Positions 38,172 through 50,446 of a DNA stretch of 64,000 bases are shown piece by piece. The DNA comes from Geosiphon pyriformis uo1. Its lineage: Eukaryota > Fungi > Glomeromycota. The position numbers were made by a program, and so were the translations under genes. The notes beneath the pieces are model-generated. The model was not told the origin of the DNA and ran no database searches. It saw nothing but the letters and a program-made list of their open reading frames with translations. Location: NCBI GenBank assembly GCA_016748015.1, contig JAAOMT010000494.1, forward strand, positions 62,001 through 126,000. The letters run 5' to 3'. Positions within the stretch are counted from its first letter, which is position 1; each line of letters opens with the position of its first letter.

Positions 38172-40176
38172 CCGAGATAGGAAGCTTGATTTGGGTATCC
38201 AGTTGGTATTGGTTAAGATTGAGCAGGACCACAAGAGATTGGTCGAAACAGTCTACTGTTGGTTTGCACCTGATTGTTGTTGGAATTTCTCCATCCCTGA
38301 TTATAGTCTATAGCTCGAGGTTTGGATGGGCTGTAAGGAGAAATTTGATAGTGAGGGATTGCTTGTGTTATTGGTGGTGGTTGATAATAATTCTGGGGTG
38401 GTGGTTGAGTGTACGGGACTTGTTGTGTGTATAGGGGCAGTTGATTTTGAGGTATGAAATATTGGGGTACCATGTTTTGCTGATATCTGGGTTGCTGGTA
38501 TGAATTTCCTTGATTTTGGTCCATGATTTTCTTTCTGTAGTCACGGGCAATATGTCCAGGTTTCTGGCAGTAGTAACAGTTGTAGAGATCGGATCTCCAA
38601 GGTTGTTGCTGTTGCTGATGATTCTGTTGCTGTGGGTATCTGCTATTGTTGTTATTTTCTCTCCATTGGGGTGGTTGGTAAATTTCTGTAGTTCTGGCTA
38701 AGAATCCCTTAATTTTTTGAGTTAGTTTTTCACTCAATTGGGTTATCTTTGCGTCGATGTCAGAGGTTCCGTTAATAGCTAAATTAACAGCTTGAGTATG
38801 GTTCGCTTCTTATTCTACAGACTCAAAATTGCAAGTAAGAGCGATGGTGTCTTGTAAACTGGTCGGATGGCGAGATCTTACAGATCTTAGAATACTACTC
38901 TGCAATTCTTTAATGAATTGATTAAGAACTTGCGCCACAGTGTAGTAGTCCCTTTCGATAGCTAATATTTGACACAGGATTTGATTGAATTGTCCGAGAT
39001 AAGTAGTTACTGCTTCATGATCTTTTTGTTTAATTATGCTGAATTGATTCTGAATTTGGATTAACATATTGGGGTCACAAAAGTATTGCAAAAATGCAAG
39101 TTTAAACTCGGTAAAGGAGGTAGACTTCTCTGCCAGGCTCTGGTACTACGAATTGGCAGTTCTGGTCAGAAAAAATGGCAGTACCTGAATTGTGTGGTCA
39201 TTGTTTCAACCATTAGCAGTAATTGCTTTCTCGGCATCCATGATCTAAGAATATGCATTATCTTTTTTACCAGAGAATTTTTCCAATTTAGTGATATCCT
39301 GGTAAGCCATGATCCGGTTAATGGGTGGGATGTTACTGGTTATGTTTAAAGGGATTGGTGTCTGCATATTCAAGTGTTCTCTGGGTGCTAATGCTGATTG
39401 CTTTTCTTTGTCACTTGAACCAATAGATTGTAAGATAGTTGTTTCTTCCATCAGGGGAGATGCTGATTCTGCTAGGTTTTGTGCTGGTGGCTGTTCTCAA
39501 GTTGACGGGTTTTCTTCTGTTTGACCGGCTGCTGGGATAAGATTTCCAAACAGCGATCCATATTCTCCTAGTGATTTGGTCCAACTGTGTTGATTCCAAG
39601 GGTGTGGATTTTTAGGAGTTTGTAGTGTTTCTGACTGGGTTTCCGGGAGTGTGTTGAATACAATTCTATTTTGGGGTGTTTGATGGTATGATAGAGTTGT
39701 TGGGGAGAAGGCCCTTGGTTTCTTGTTGACCATGGACTTGGCTTGGGCAGTTACGAGGTTGTTGGATTCGTTTTTATATTCCTCAGGGTCGGATTCTATT
39801 GGTTGTTGTACTTGAGAGAATCATTGTGCCACATAATATTTAATGTCTATATTAATTATGTGCAGAGTTTCAGCAATTGCTCGGGTAGTTGTGGCTGTTG
39901 AGTACCCTAGTAAGCTTTGATGGATTTGTTCTCTAAGTCTTCCTGTATCAGTTGCATGGCCTAACAAGCAGTTGATTTTTGCATTGATATAGTTACAAAA
40001 ATCACTTTCTGTATAAGCGGTTTCTGCTGGTATTCCTAAGTCTTTTCGAAAGTATTAAAATAGTGCTTTTCTATATAAAAAGTGGTCCTTTTCTATTGTT
40101 CCAATAGTCACTACTTTTATGTATTTTTGGGGGTGCTCTGTCTCTGTAGATTTATAACCTCACAGGAAGCACCAAA

Positions 40177-41147
40177 TGTTATGGGTAAACTTGGTGGGTA
40201 TGGGAAATGGTAACATTTGGTGCTCTCAATTATTGATGATACGTCTTCCACGTAATTCTGTTGGCTTAGTCTTGATTATCAGTCTCTGAAAGTCTATTTC
40301 TGGATGTGAATTTTACCCATTGAGTTCTTTGGTTATAAGGCACAGAGTTTGTCTTTCGTCAATTGTAATGTTTTTTGTAAATGTGAGCTTTCTTCTTCGA
40401 GCTAACAAGCGCAGTTGTTAGAGTCTAGCATTGTCTTTTCACCTTTCTGGTAAGCTAACAAGATAATGTTAATATCCAAAACTTAGGGGAAGCTTCCCTC
40501 TTTTACCAGGCTATCACGAAGTCTATTCCCAGACAGTCAATTTTACTATGTTGCCGTTCCACAAAAATAAGACAAAAAAAGAAAAAAAAAAAAAAAAGAA
40601 AAAAAAAAAGAGAGAAAAGATAAATTAGTATCGTCAATTGCCGTGATTAAGAGCAATTGGTCCAAATCATTAATAGGTTCAAGACAATTATGCTAAGAGC
40701 ATCTGTTCTAGAATGGAGGTATGAGACAAGGGTTAATTCACGTAAATTCCATGAAGTTTGAGAACATGAATTCGTGATTCTGATTTCTTTAATAATTGGT
40801 TTATTTCAGGAGATGAAATAGGGAAGATAATAAAGGATGAAAGGGTATGGATATTTTAATTCTGGTCTAAAAGTTCATATCTATCTGTCTGTTTTTTCTT
40901 ATTTCTACAACTACTTGCTTTTATACATTCTTTTGGTTTTACAGGATTGCTTTTAATTGTCTTGCTATTGCTAGTTATTGCTTTGTTGTTTCTGTTATTG
41001 CTTCGTTTTTCTATGTTATTGCTAATTATCCTATGTTATAACACGTTATCTGTTGTTATTACATGTTATTTTGTGTTATTCTGTGTTATGTCACGTTTTG
41101 GTCACATTTCTTCATAACTTTGGATCAGTTTTTCTATTCAGGTAACA
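40177..41147 (-). repeat. 5' LTR of C
   Basis: TG...CA ends, adjacent PBS, matches solo LTR 19287-20331. Confidence 0.95.
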
Positions 41148-44100
41148 ACAATAATAAAATGGAAAGAATACTTGAACCAAAAATTTGATATTTACACAGA
41201 CCATAAAAGATTAACTTCAATTCAGAAGTAGGAATTTAGAGATGATTGTTACACTTAATGAAAAATAGAACTTGCACCATATAAATATACAGTACATTAT
41301 AAAAAGGGAAAAAAAAACAGAAATACTGATGAATTGTCACAAATGAAACAAATCTAAAAACATTTCAACCCAAAAATATAACAAAAAATAAATATTCAAA
41401 AATACCAACAACTCCAACATTATATAAATACCCAATTGTTCAAGGAAAAATTATCTCAAAAAGAACAAAACAACATAAAACAGCAATTAAAACATTTTAT
41501 CAATCATCAAAATATACTGTACCAAAAAAACAGAAGAAATCCAGACCAGCTAACAAGAATAATTACAGACCCAGAAAAAGAGACAATATTGTTTAACATG
41601 CACTTAGATCCAACAGCAGGATACTTTCATAAAGAAGCAACTATGAAAAGAACTAGAAAAAGATACTATTGGCCATCAATGTATCCAGACATTATTCAAT
41701 ATGTTCAGAATTGTGATGCTTGTCAGAGAAGAGGAGGAGCAAGACCAAATAAACCATTAAGACCAATCAAAATGGGACAACCATTTGATCAAATTGGAAT
41801 TGATCTAGTCAGACTATTAACAATAACTAGCAAAGACAACAGATATATTGCAATAGCCATAGATTATCTCACTAAATGGCCAAAAGCAAAAGCCATTCAA
41901 AGAGCAGATGCAAAATCCATTGCCAAATTTGTTCATCAAGATTTGATATGTCAACACAGATATCCAAAAGAACTATTATCAGATCAAGGAACTCACTTTG
42001 TGAATAGAACATTAACAGAATTAAGTCAAAGATTTGGAATAAAAAGACCATTATTATCACCATATCATCCACAAACCAATAGATTAGTTGAAAGGTTCAA
42101 TAGAATACTGTGTGAAGCAATAGCTAAGATCAGCCAAAAAAATCAGGATGAATGAGATTTGTTTATACCATCAGTATTATTGGCTTATCAAACAATGAAA
42201 CAAGACACTACACAAACAATACCATTTGAATTAATATACGATAGAACAGCAATGTTATTAGTTGAGATAGAAGTCAACACTTATCCAATAGAAACAATAA
42301 CTAAAGACAATTTTCAGGAAATGTTGCTAAGAAAAACATATGACTTAATGGAGACACTAAAAAATAAATAGTGAAGAGCAGCTAATAACATCCAAAAGTC
42401 ATAAAAGAAACAAAAAAAAAGACATGATAACCAACTATCAGATAAACCAGTTGAATTCAGGATTGGAGACAAAGTACTTTTACATCATACCAAAGCAAAA
42501 AAACAATGGAGTAGAAAATTTGACCCCAAATGAGATGGATCATTTCACATAAAAAAAATTCTTAGAAATAGAGCTTATAAATTAAGATAAGACAACAAAA
42601 TCTTAGCCAAAGCAGCACATAGTGATTAACTGAAACTATATCACCATCCACCAGTAATATTCTACAATTAGGAGTACAGAGAATACTAGTCCAACCAGAT
42701 GAGATTCCACATGATCTGGAACCAATCATAATCATTGGACCAAACATGTAAAATTGAACAATAAAAAGAGTATATAAAGACATGGTAGATACAACAAAAG
42801 ACTTTAAAAAAATGGAAATTACTGATGACATTCACTTACTAGCACAACAACTTTTCCAACTAATTCAACAACAGAATATGGAAATTACTATCAATTAACA
42901 AACCATTTGATACCAAGATACTAGAAAGATACTCAAATACAAAAATCAAAAGAAAACAGAAAACACTATTGATAAAATGGTTTTGAAAATAAAATTAGCC
43001 ATAGAAAAATCAATAAGTGTCACTACATATCAAGAGTTGACCAAAAAAACTTGGAAATAGTGGATACATAAATTTCCAAAGAACTTTTGTTATTTCTATT
43101 TGGGACAATACTTGAACATTCAGAACTTATACACAGATAAAACAAAATGATTATTTGACACAACAATATTACAACAACTAGAACAATTTGTGAGAAAGAA
43201 CAATTTGACTCTACAAGCAAGAGCCATCTATTGGCTACATACTGAATTTAAAAACAGACTGAAAATCTTACTTAATCCAAAAATGGACTCTATTACAGTT
43301 AACCAAATGGGAAAAATAACCAACACCCAATTTGAAGTATTACAGAACAAGATAACTTAAGTAATTCTTGAAAAAAAAGTTCAAGAAATACTCAAAGATG
43401 GAGAATTAGAGTTAAGAGATTTGGGAGATCTCGATGGAGCTCAATATTAAAGGAGGGAATAATATTACTCATAAAATATAGGAAATATATTAACATATAA
43501 AATTAGCCAATCAGAAGTAGCTGTAGTAAATATGAAATTCCAGAATTCTTCTCAAAAGAAATTGCAGGATTCCAGAAATTCTAGAATTCCTGGTGTGAAG
43601 AATTGAGAAATTGAGGAATCTCAATTATGTATATATAGCAGTAGCATTAGAAATAGAAAAGACAGACCTCTCAGTTTAGATTTAATCTAAGCAATCTTTC
43701 ATATCACAAATATTAATAAATAATTATTTACTATCTCAATTTACTGTTCACTATCAACATGAAATGTTGATAGTAATTTATACTTAACCACACTGGAACA
43801 ATAGCTCTTGATCATGGCTATTGATAGGATACTAACTTGCAAACATCTTGGCTTATCTTTTTTCTTTATTTTTTTATTTTTCTTCTTTTGTTTTGTTGTG
43901 TTTACTAAATTGATTAAGGATTAAGTGCTGAATTATTGACATCAAAAATTGCCTGGTAAAAGACTCCTGTGAGTGGGTAAAGTATGTAAAGAATTATGAA
44001 TTACTTACTAGAGGATTGCTGGCCACCAAGCTGAGAAAAAAATTGATGGAATTGCGATTTTGAGAGACTACTGAAAACCATTATTGAATCTCTGTTTATT

Positions 44101-44219
44101 AAACAAAAAACTCAATAAAACTCTTCAGATACAAAACACCTTCAGTAATTAATGTCATTAATTGAGCACCAAGTTACAGGTTTGTTATTTGTCAGAAACA
44201 CCAATAAACACTTATAACA
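41148..44219 (+). mobile_element. 3' part of family A/B element E (end of RNase H, integrase, ORF3 42812-43450, 3' LTR 43463-44219)
   Basis: Collinear with B ~15800-18958; PPT AAAGGAGGGAA; C is inserted in its RNase H. Confidence 0.93.
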
Positions 44220-44413
44220 ATATAATATTTTATTGAATTTTTTAATTAAGTTATTTGTTTGTCAATAATATAATAATAATAATAATAATTTTTTGACTCC
44301 AAATTTTTGGCTTAGTTCTACTAATATTCTGTTTACAAAATAAGTTCTTTGATTAAATAATAGTTTTTTTGAATATTTATATTAATATATTAAGTTTTAA
44401 TAAACAAATTCAG

Positions 44414-45229
44414 TATTATTAAAAAATTTTGGTTTTTTTTTCTGAATATTGTTGTTATTGCTTTGCTATTTATTTTCAATTATTAAAAGTTTATTAAAAT
44501 TGTGTAGTTATTTTGCTGTAAAAGTCAACTCTTTTACAAAAATTTTGTCTGTAGATTACTTTAATAATTATAAAAAAAAATAAAAAAAAAATAAAAAAAA
44601 TGTAAAAAAAATGTAAAAAAAAATTTTGCTAAGAGAATTGTCTTTTTTTCAGACCTAAAGTTACTAATAAATTATTGAAATTAGTAATTAATTAATTTCA
44701 AAACATTAGTTGAGATTTGAAAAATTTTAAGCAAGAAATATTTTATAATTTTTATTGTTTTCAATATATTTTTTATTGGAATAATTTGTATAGATACTAA
44801 AAAAAATATTTTTAGTAAAGATAATTTTAGCTGAGATATATTTTCTCGAAAAGAGAAGCTTTTTTTTTATACAATTTGCTATAATATTAGTTTATAAATT
44901 TGCATTTTTTTTTGCTATTATTTTATTGTACTAATAATATATTTTGACAATTTACAAATTATTTTTATAAACTATTGAGTATTTTGGTAAACTATTAATT
45001 ATTTTAGTAAATTTTGACAAATTCTTAAATATTATATAGTTTAAAGTTTTATGTAATTAGATTATTATAATTTATGTATTGTACAAATTGGATTATTAAT
45101 TGAATAATAATTTAAATAATTTAATAAAATAATAAGTGATAAATTAAAATAATAATATAAACTAATTAATGATAGAAATTATAAAAATAATTTTATGTTA
45201 ACTAATATCTTAAATTTTTATTAATAATA
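44414..45229 (-). mobile_element. Solo LTR, family D, decayed and internally deleted
   Basis: Homologous to the D LTR; flanks TCAG and TTAA can both derive from a TCGG TSD. Confidence 0.82.
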
Positions 45230-46614
45230 TTAACTACTAATTTTGTATTAGCTTTTTGTATAGCTTTAACTTCTGGTTATTTTATAAGATAATTTATGGC
45301 AATACCAATATATTGATTGTTTCTAGTTATTATTGATAATGATTTTATTAAGTTAATTTTAAGTCTATTAAATAGTTTTTTAATTTTGATTGATTTTAGT
45401 AGTTTATTTGGTTTTATTTCTTTTTTTTTTAATAAGTATTACAATTTCGTATATATTGTCTTATATCTAAGTATATTATTAATTAATAATATAATTACTT
45501 AATTTATAATATTAATTTTCGATTAAAATATTCTGTTATTAAGTCTAAATATAGATTAAACAATATTGTTTTTTTTTTTGCTTTTTTATTACTTTTAATA
45601 AATTGTTTGAATTTTTTTGGTTTTTTTAATATAATATATTTTGGTAATTAATATAATATCTTGTTTGTTAATGAATTTTATTTTGTTTATTTTAAGATAA
45701 TTTCTTCTTAAATTGTTTAATAATAATATAATAAGCTAATTTTTGATAATTTTTATTGTTTATTTTATTGTTTTTTTGTTGGTTTTATTTCTTTAGTTGT
45801 TTTATTTATAATAAACTATTAGTATTTCTGTTTTTTTTTCCTTTTTTATAGTGTATTTTGTATTTAAATAGTAAAAAAGCATTTTTCTATTTAGTAATTT
45901 TATTATTAGCTAATTTTTTTTGACAAATAACATTAATTTTTTATAATTAATATAGATATTAAACTTTTAATGTAAATATTTTTTCTATTTAATTACAGTT
46001 TAATAGATTATTAAGTATTTTAATATTAGAGTTTTATAATTTTTTTCTGTTAAACTTAAATTTTTGTTAGCATATATTATTAAATATTTTTTTTTATTGA
46101 ATTTTTTTTGTAACAATACTGCTCTTAATGCTAATTTAGAAATGTTAATGGCAATTATAAATTTTTTATTATAATCTAAATATTTATAAACTGAAACTTA
46201 TATGAGTTTTTGTTTTAATAACTTAAAAACTTGCTATTATATATTTATCTATTTATATTAAGTATTCTTGGTCTAAAATTAGTAAAGTAGTTGTGTAATT
46301 GTTAAGAAATTTTATATAATTACTAATAATATTTAGTTAATTCTAAGAAATTTTTAAGTTTTATTAAATTTCTTGGTCTTAAAAAGTTTTTTATTTTTTC
46401 AATTTTATTTAAATTTATTTTAATGTTTTTTTTTTAACTATATGTTTCAAGAACTTAAACTTTGTTTTTTTAAAAAAACATTTATCTGCATTTAATTTTA
46501 ATTTAATATATCTTAATCTTTTAAATATTTATTGTAAATAATAAAAATATTTATTAAATATTTTTAAAAATTATTAATATTATTTAAATAAACAATTACT
46601 GATTTTTATAGTAT

Positions 46615-48990
46615 TGTTATTATGCAAAAATTATGAATTTAATAACTTCTTAGCAATAATAATAGTTTTTATATGTAATACTTATTACTATAATTATAAT
46701 TACTAACTATAGTATATTATAAATATATAAATTATTTTAGTAATTAATAGAACAAAAAATAATATATAATAAAATTATTACAAGCAAAAAAAATATTGTC
46801 ATTATTATTTGTTTTTGAACAAAAACCAGCTTAGTATATTTTTAAGAAAAAAGAGAAGTCATATTTTTATATATATTATTACTCATAGAAATTAGAAATA
46901 TTATATAGTTGGAAAAATAGCCAATCAGAAGTAAATATAATAACAAAAAAATTCCAGAATTTCTTTGAAGAAATTACAGAATTCCAAAATCTCAAAATTC
47001 TAAGATTCTTTATAAAAAATTGCAGGATTCCAAAATTCCAGAATTTTAGGATTTCTTTAAAGGAATTGCAGGATTCCAGAAATTTTGTATAATATCAACT
47101 ATATATATATAACAGTAGCATTAAAAACAAGAAAAGACAGAATTTGGTTCAGTTTTAGTTTAATATTTCTTTCTTATCTATTAATTAACTTTCACTTTAC
47201 AGATAGTTATTATCAACTAAAATGAATTTATTAGACAAAATATTAAATAAAACATACTTATTATTATCCAATCTATGTTATTATTATTTTATTAAGAATC
47301 TAATCACTCTTTTATTTATTAATACTTTATGTTAATACCATTCAATATTTAATCATACTAGAATAATAGTTCTTAATCACAGTTATTGACAAGATACTAA
47401 TTTTTTATTTTTTTCTTTTTTTTTCTTTTTATTTTTTTATTTTTATTATTTTTATTATTTTTTTTATTTTGTTGTTTATTGATTTACTAATTGATTAAAA
47501 AATTAATATACAGAATATTGATGTTAGGATATAGTATTAATAAAAAACTTAGAAATAAAGATAGACACTCAGAATTGAGAATAGCTTACTAAGAAATACT
47601 GACCACCAAGCTGAGAAAAAAATTGACAGAAAAACCTTTTAAGAAACAATAGACACCAAAAACATACCAACTCAAAAGTTGAGAAAAAAACTAGAAAAAT
47701 CACAAAAAATATCATTATTGAATCTTTGTTTATTATACAAAAGACTCAATCAAAATCTTTAAATTAGCCAAAACCTTCAGATATAAAAACCTTCAGATAT
47801 TATCAGCTATTGAGCACTAAGTTACGGATTTGTTATTTGTATCAACACTTCAAATAATTATTTGTAACAACATATCAAAAGTACAATTAATAACAGAAAA
47901 GATATTAAACTATTTAATAAAATTATAATCAAGATTTTTACAATTAATTATTAAAAAAATGTGGAATTTAAATGTCCAACTTTAAAAACAAAATTATAAA
48001 AATAATAAAAAAATTACAAAAGTATAACAAAACTAAAATAGTTTTTAATTAAGTTTTATTGTTAAGACTTTTCTAAACAATATATATTTTTATTACTTAT
48101 TTAATGTTTAATAGCTTGCTCAATAAAACAAAACATAATATGAAATAGTAATAATATATAATTAAAAAATAAAAGTAATAAAAAACTCGAAATAATAATA
48201 ACAAGTACATAAAAAATTAGAAATAATATAATTCTAAATAATAATAAGAAATATTAAAAAACATATTTAAAATTGTAATAATAAGTATTTAAAATATAGA
48301 AAAGAAAAAGAAAAAACTAATTACTTACTATAAAACTATAATAAAAAATTGGCTTAATATTAAATTAATGCTTTTTTGAACTAACAAAAAGATTATATAT
48401 ATAATTAAATTATATTAAATCTACATATTATATTAAGACTACTTAAAATACATCAATTATTTATATAAATTAAATTAATTAATTCATAATAACTTACTTG
48501 ACATATTATTTTTTTAGAAGTTAGTAATTTAAATAATTAAATTTAAATGGCTGAATAATTATAAATTAATAATATTCATTATAATTCTGATTGATATAAT
48601 CAAAATAGAATAATTAATTATATTTCTTAATAATTAATTTTAATTATTGATCACAAATCTGGATTATTGAATTGTTCTAATAAGAACATATGAAAATTTT
48701 AGAACATAACAAAATCTGTTGTTATTAAATTACATATATTAATCATTTATTTCTATTAGTGTTTCTTAGTTTGTTAAGATTTTTTTGTATTTAACTTAAT
48801 TAAACTGTTAAATTATGCTATATTTTTTTGTTGTAATAAAACTAATTACTAATTATTTATTTTCGAATTGCCAGCTAATTTGTTAATTAAATGTAATAAT
48901 ATAGGCTTTTTTTTATATAATTTTAATGCTAATTTTTATTGTATATGTTGTAATTTTTATATTGAAAAACATAAAAATCTATTAATAATA
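46615..48990. mobile_element. Solo LTR of a further family (G1), interrupted by solo LTR F
   Basis: TGTTAT...AATAATA ends, TSD GTAT on both sides, reverse-complement homolog of 53454-54873. Confidence 0.8.
46877..47869 (+). mobile_element. Solo LTR F, family A/B
   Basis: Homologous to A/B LTRs; flanks ATAT and ACAT. Confidence 0.9.
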
Positions 48991-49550
48991 GTATGCTAAA
49001 ATAAACAATTTTTATTAGTCATTAAAATATAACAGATGTATTAATTAAGTTAAATAGTATTACTTTAAATTTGAAATTTTTTTTTTTATTGTGAATATTA
49101 TTTTTTTTTTTATTTAAATTCATAACTACTTGTTAATAACTAATTCTTTTTTTTAAATAAATCAAACAATATTTAAATTCATGGAATTAAATAACTATTA
49201 TTATGAATAATATTGTTAAGTTTTTAATAGTCTATACAAAACTGAATTTTTTTATTTTTTTTATATTAATACTATTAATAATAATCATAAATTCATAAAT
49301 AATTAAATTAATTTGCTGTTTAATATATAATTAATTTTTTTTTAATGATATTATAACTAATTAATAGTATTTTATATGTTTTAATTATTCTGGTTAGAAT
49401 AAATAACATTTATTTTTTTAGATTTAAATTTGTAATATAAAGTCTATATATCTACACAACTGGTTAAAGTCTGATATATTAGTTAATAATTGGTCTTTAA
49501 TTTTTAATTTTTAATAATAGTATTTACTAATATTTTTACATATTTTTTGC

Positions 49551-50446
49551 TATTATTAAAAATTAAAATTCTTATATTTTTGTGATTTTTTGTTGATAAA
49601 TATAAGTTAATAATAGCAATAATTTTATTTTAGTATTTTTTAAATTTTGGTTCAAAAATTTGAATTTGATTTTTAATTTTTTAGGGTATTTTTAACAAGT
49701 ATTAATAATAATATTAGAAGTTTTTTTTATTTTTTCTTGATATTGTTAATGTTATTTTGCTGTTAATTTTATTATTTATAAAAGTTAATAAATTTCTGAT
49801 AAGCTAATTTTTTTTCAAAATAAATTTTTATATTTTAAACTATATATATAATTAGACTTATAATAAAATAACTAATTTTATACTAATTACTTATATAGTT
49901 ATTTTGCAGTAAAAGTTAAATTTTTTACAAAAAAATTTTATTTGTAAGCTTTTTAAAATATGTGTAGTTACTTTGTTGTAAAAGTTAATTTTTTTACAGA
50001 AAAGTTTAACTATAGATTACTTAATAATAATAAAAAAATAAAAGAAAATAAACTAAAGAAAAAAAAATAAAAAATATATTAAGAAAGTTATTTTGAATTT
50101 AAGTTTGGAAGTTGCTAATAATTACTGAAATTAGTAACTAATTAATTTCAAAATATTAATATAAAAAATTAATTTTAAAATAATAATAATAAAATTTTTT
50201 TTTTAAAATAGTTTTTATTAGAATTAATTTGTAGAAAAAATGATTAATTCTTACTAAAATATCTAGTAAAATTTTTTTTTAAAGAAAAAAGCTTTTTTTT
50301 ATACAACTTATTATAATATTATTCTATAATCTAACATATTTTTTTTTAATATTTTAGTAAATTAAAAATATATTTTATTAAACTACAAGTTATTTTTGTA
50401 AATTATAGATTATTTTAGTAAACTATTAAATATTTTGACAAATTTT
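49551..50446 (-). repeat. Truncated, decayed family D-like LTR
   Basis: Duplicated stem motif ~49885-50000 and U3 array remnants; joins the integrase end of H abruptly. Confidence 0.7.

Larger units (their letters stand above)
23925..41147 (-). mobile_element. Ty3/gypsy-type element C, truncated within integrase, interrupted by element D
   Basis: 5' LTR 40177-41147, PBS 40158-40174, gag with CYYCQKPGHIARD, protease ~28030, dUTPase 26280-26663, RT ~25000-25600, RNase H ending at TAA 24435-24437, integrase from ATG 24424 cut after VDYLTKWP. Confidence 0.93.
44220..49550 (-). mobile_element. Heavily decayed A/B-like element I (integrase, RNase H and RT remnants), interrupted by solo LTRs
   Basis: Reverse complement of 44220-44410 aligns to the integrase ELLSDQGTHF...QTNGLVE region; 45230-46614 and 48991-49550 align to integrase, RNase H and RT. 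Confidence 0.75.

Noticed and set aside
40158-40224. tRNA gene suggested by ...GCACCA
   Set aside because: Only the PBS and its inverted copy; no cloverleaf.
19287-41147. Pairing the two family C LTRs as one giant element
   Set aside because: 19287-20331 has its own CCAT TSD inside the LINE, so it is an independent solo LTR.
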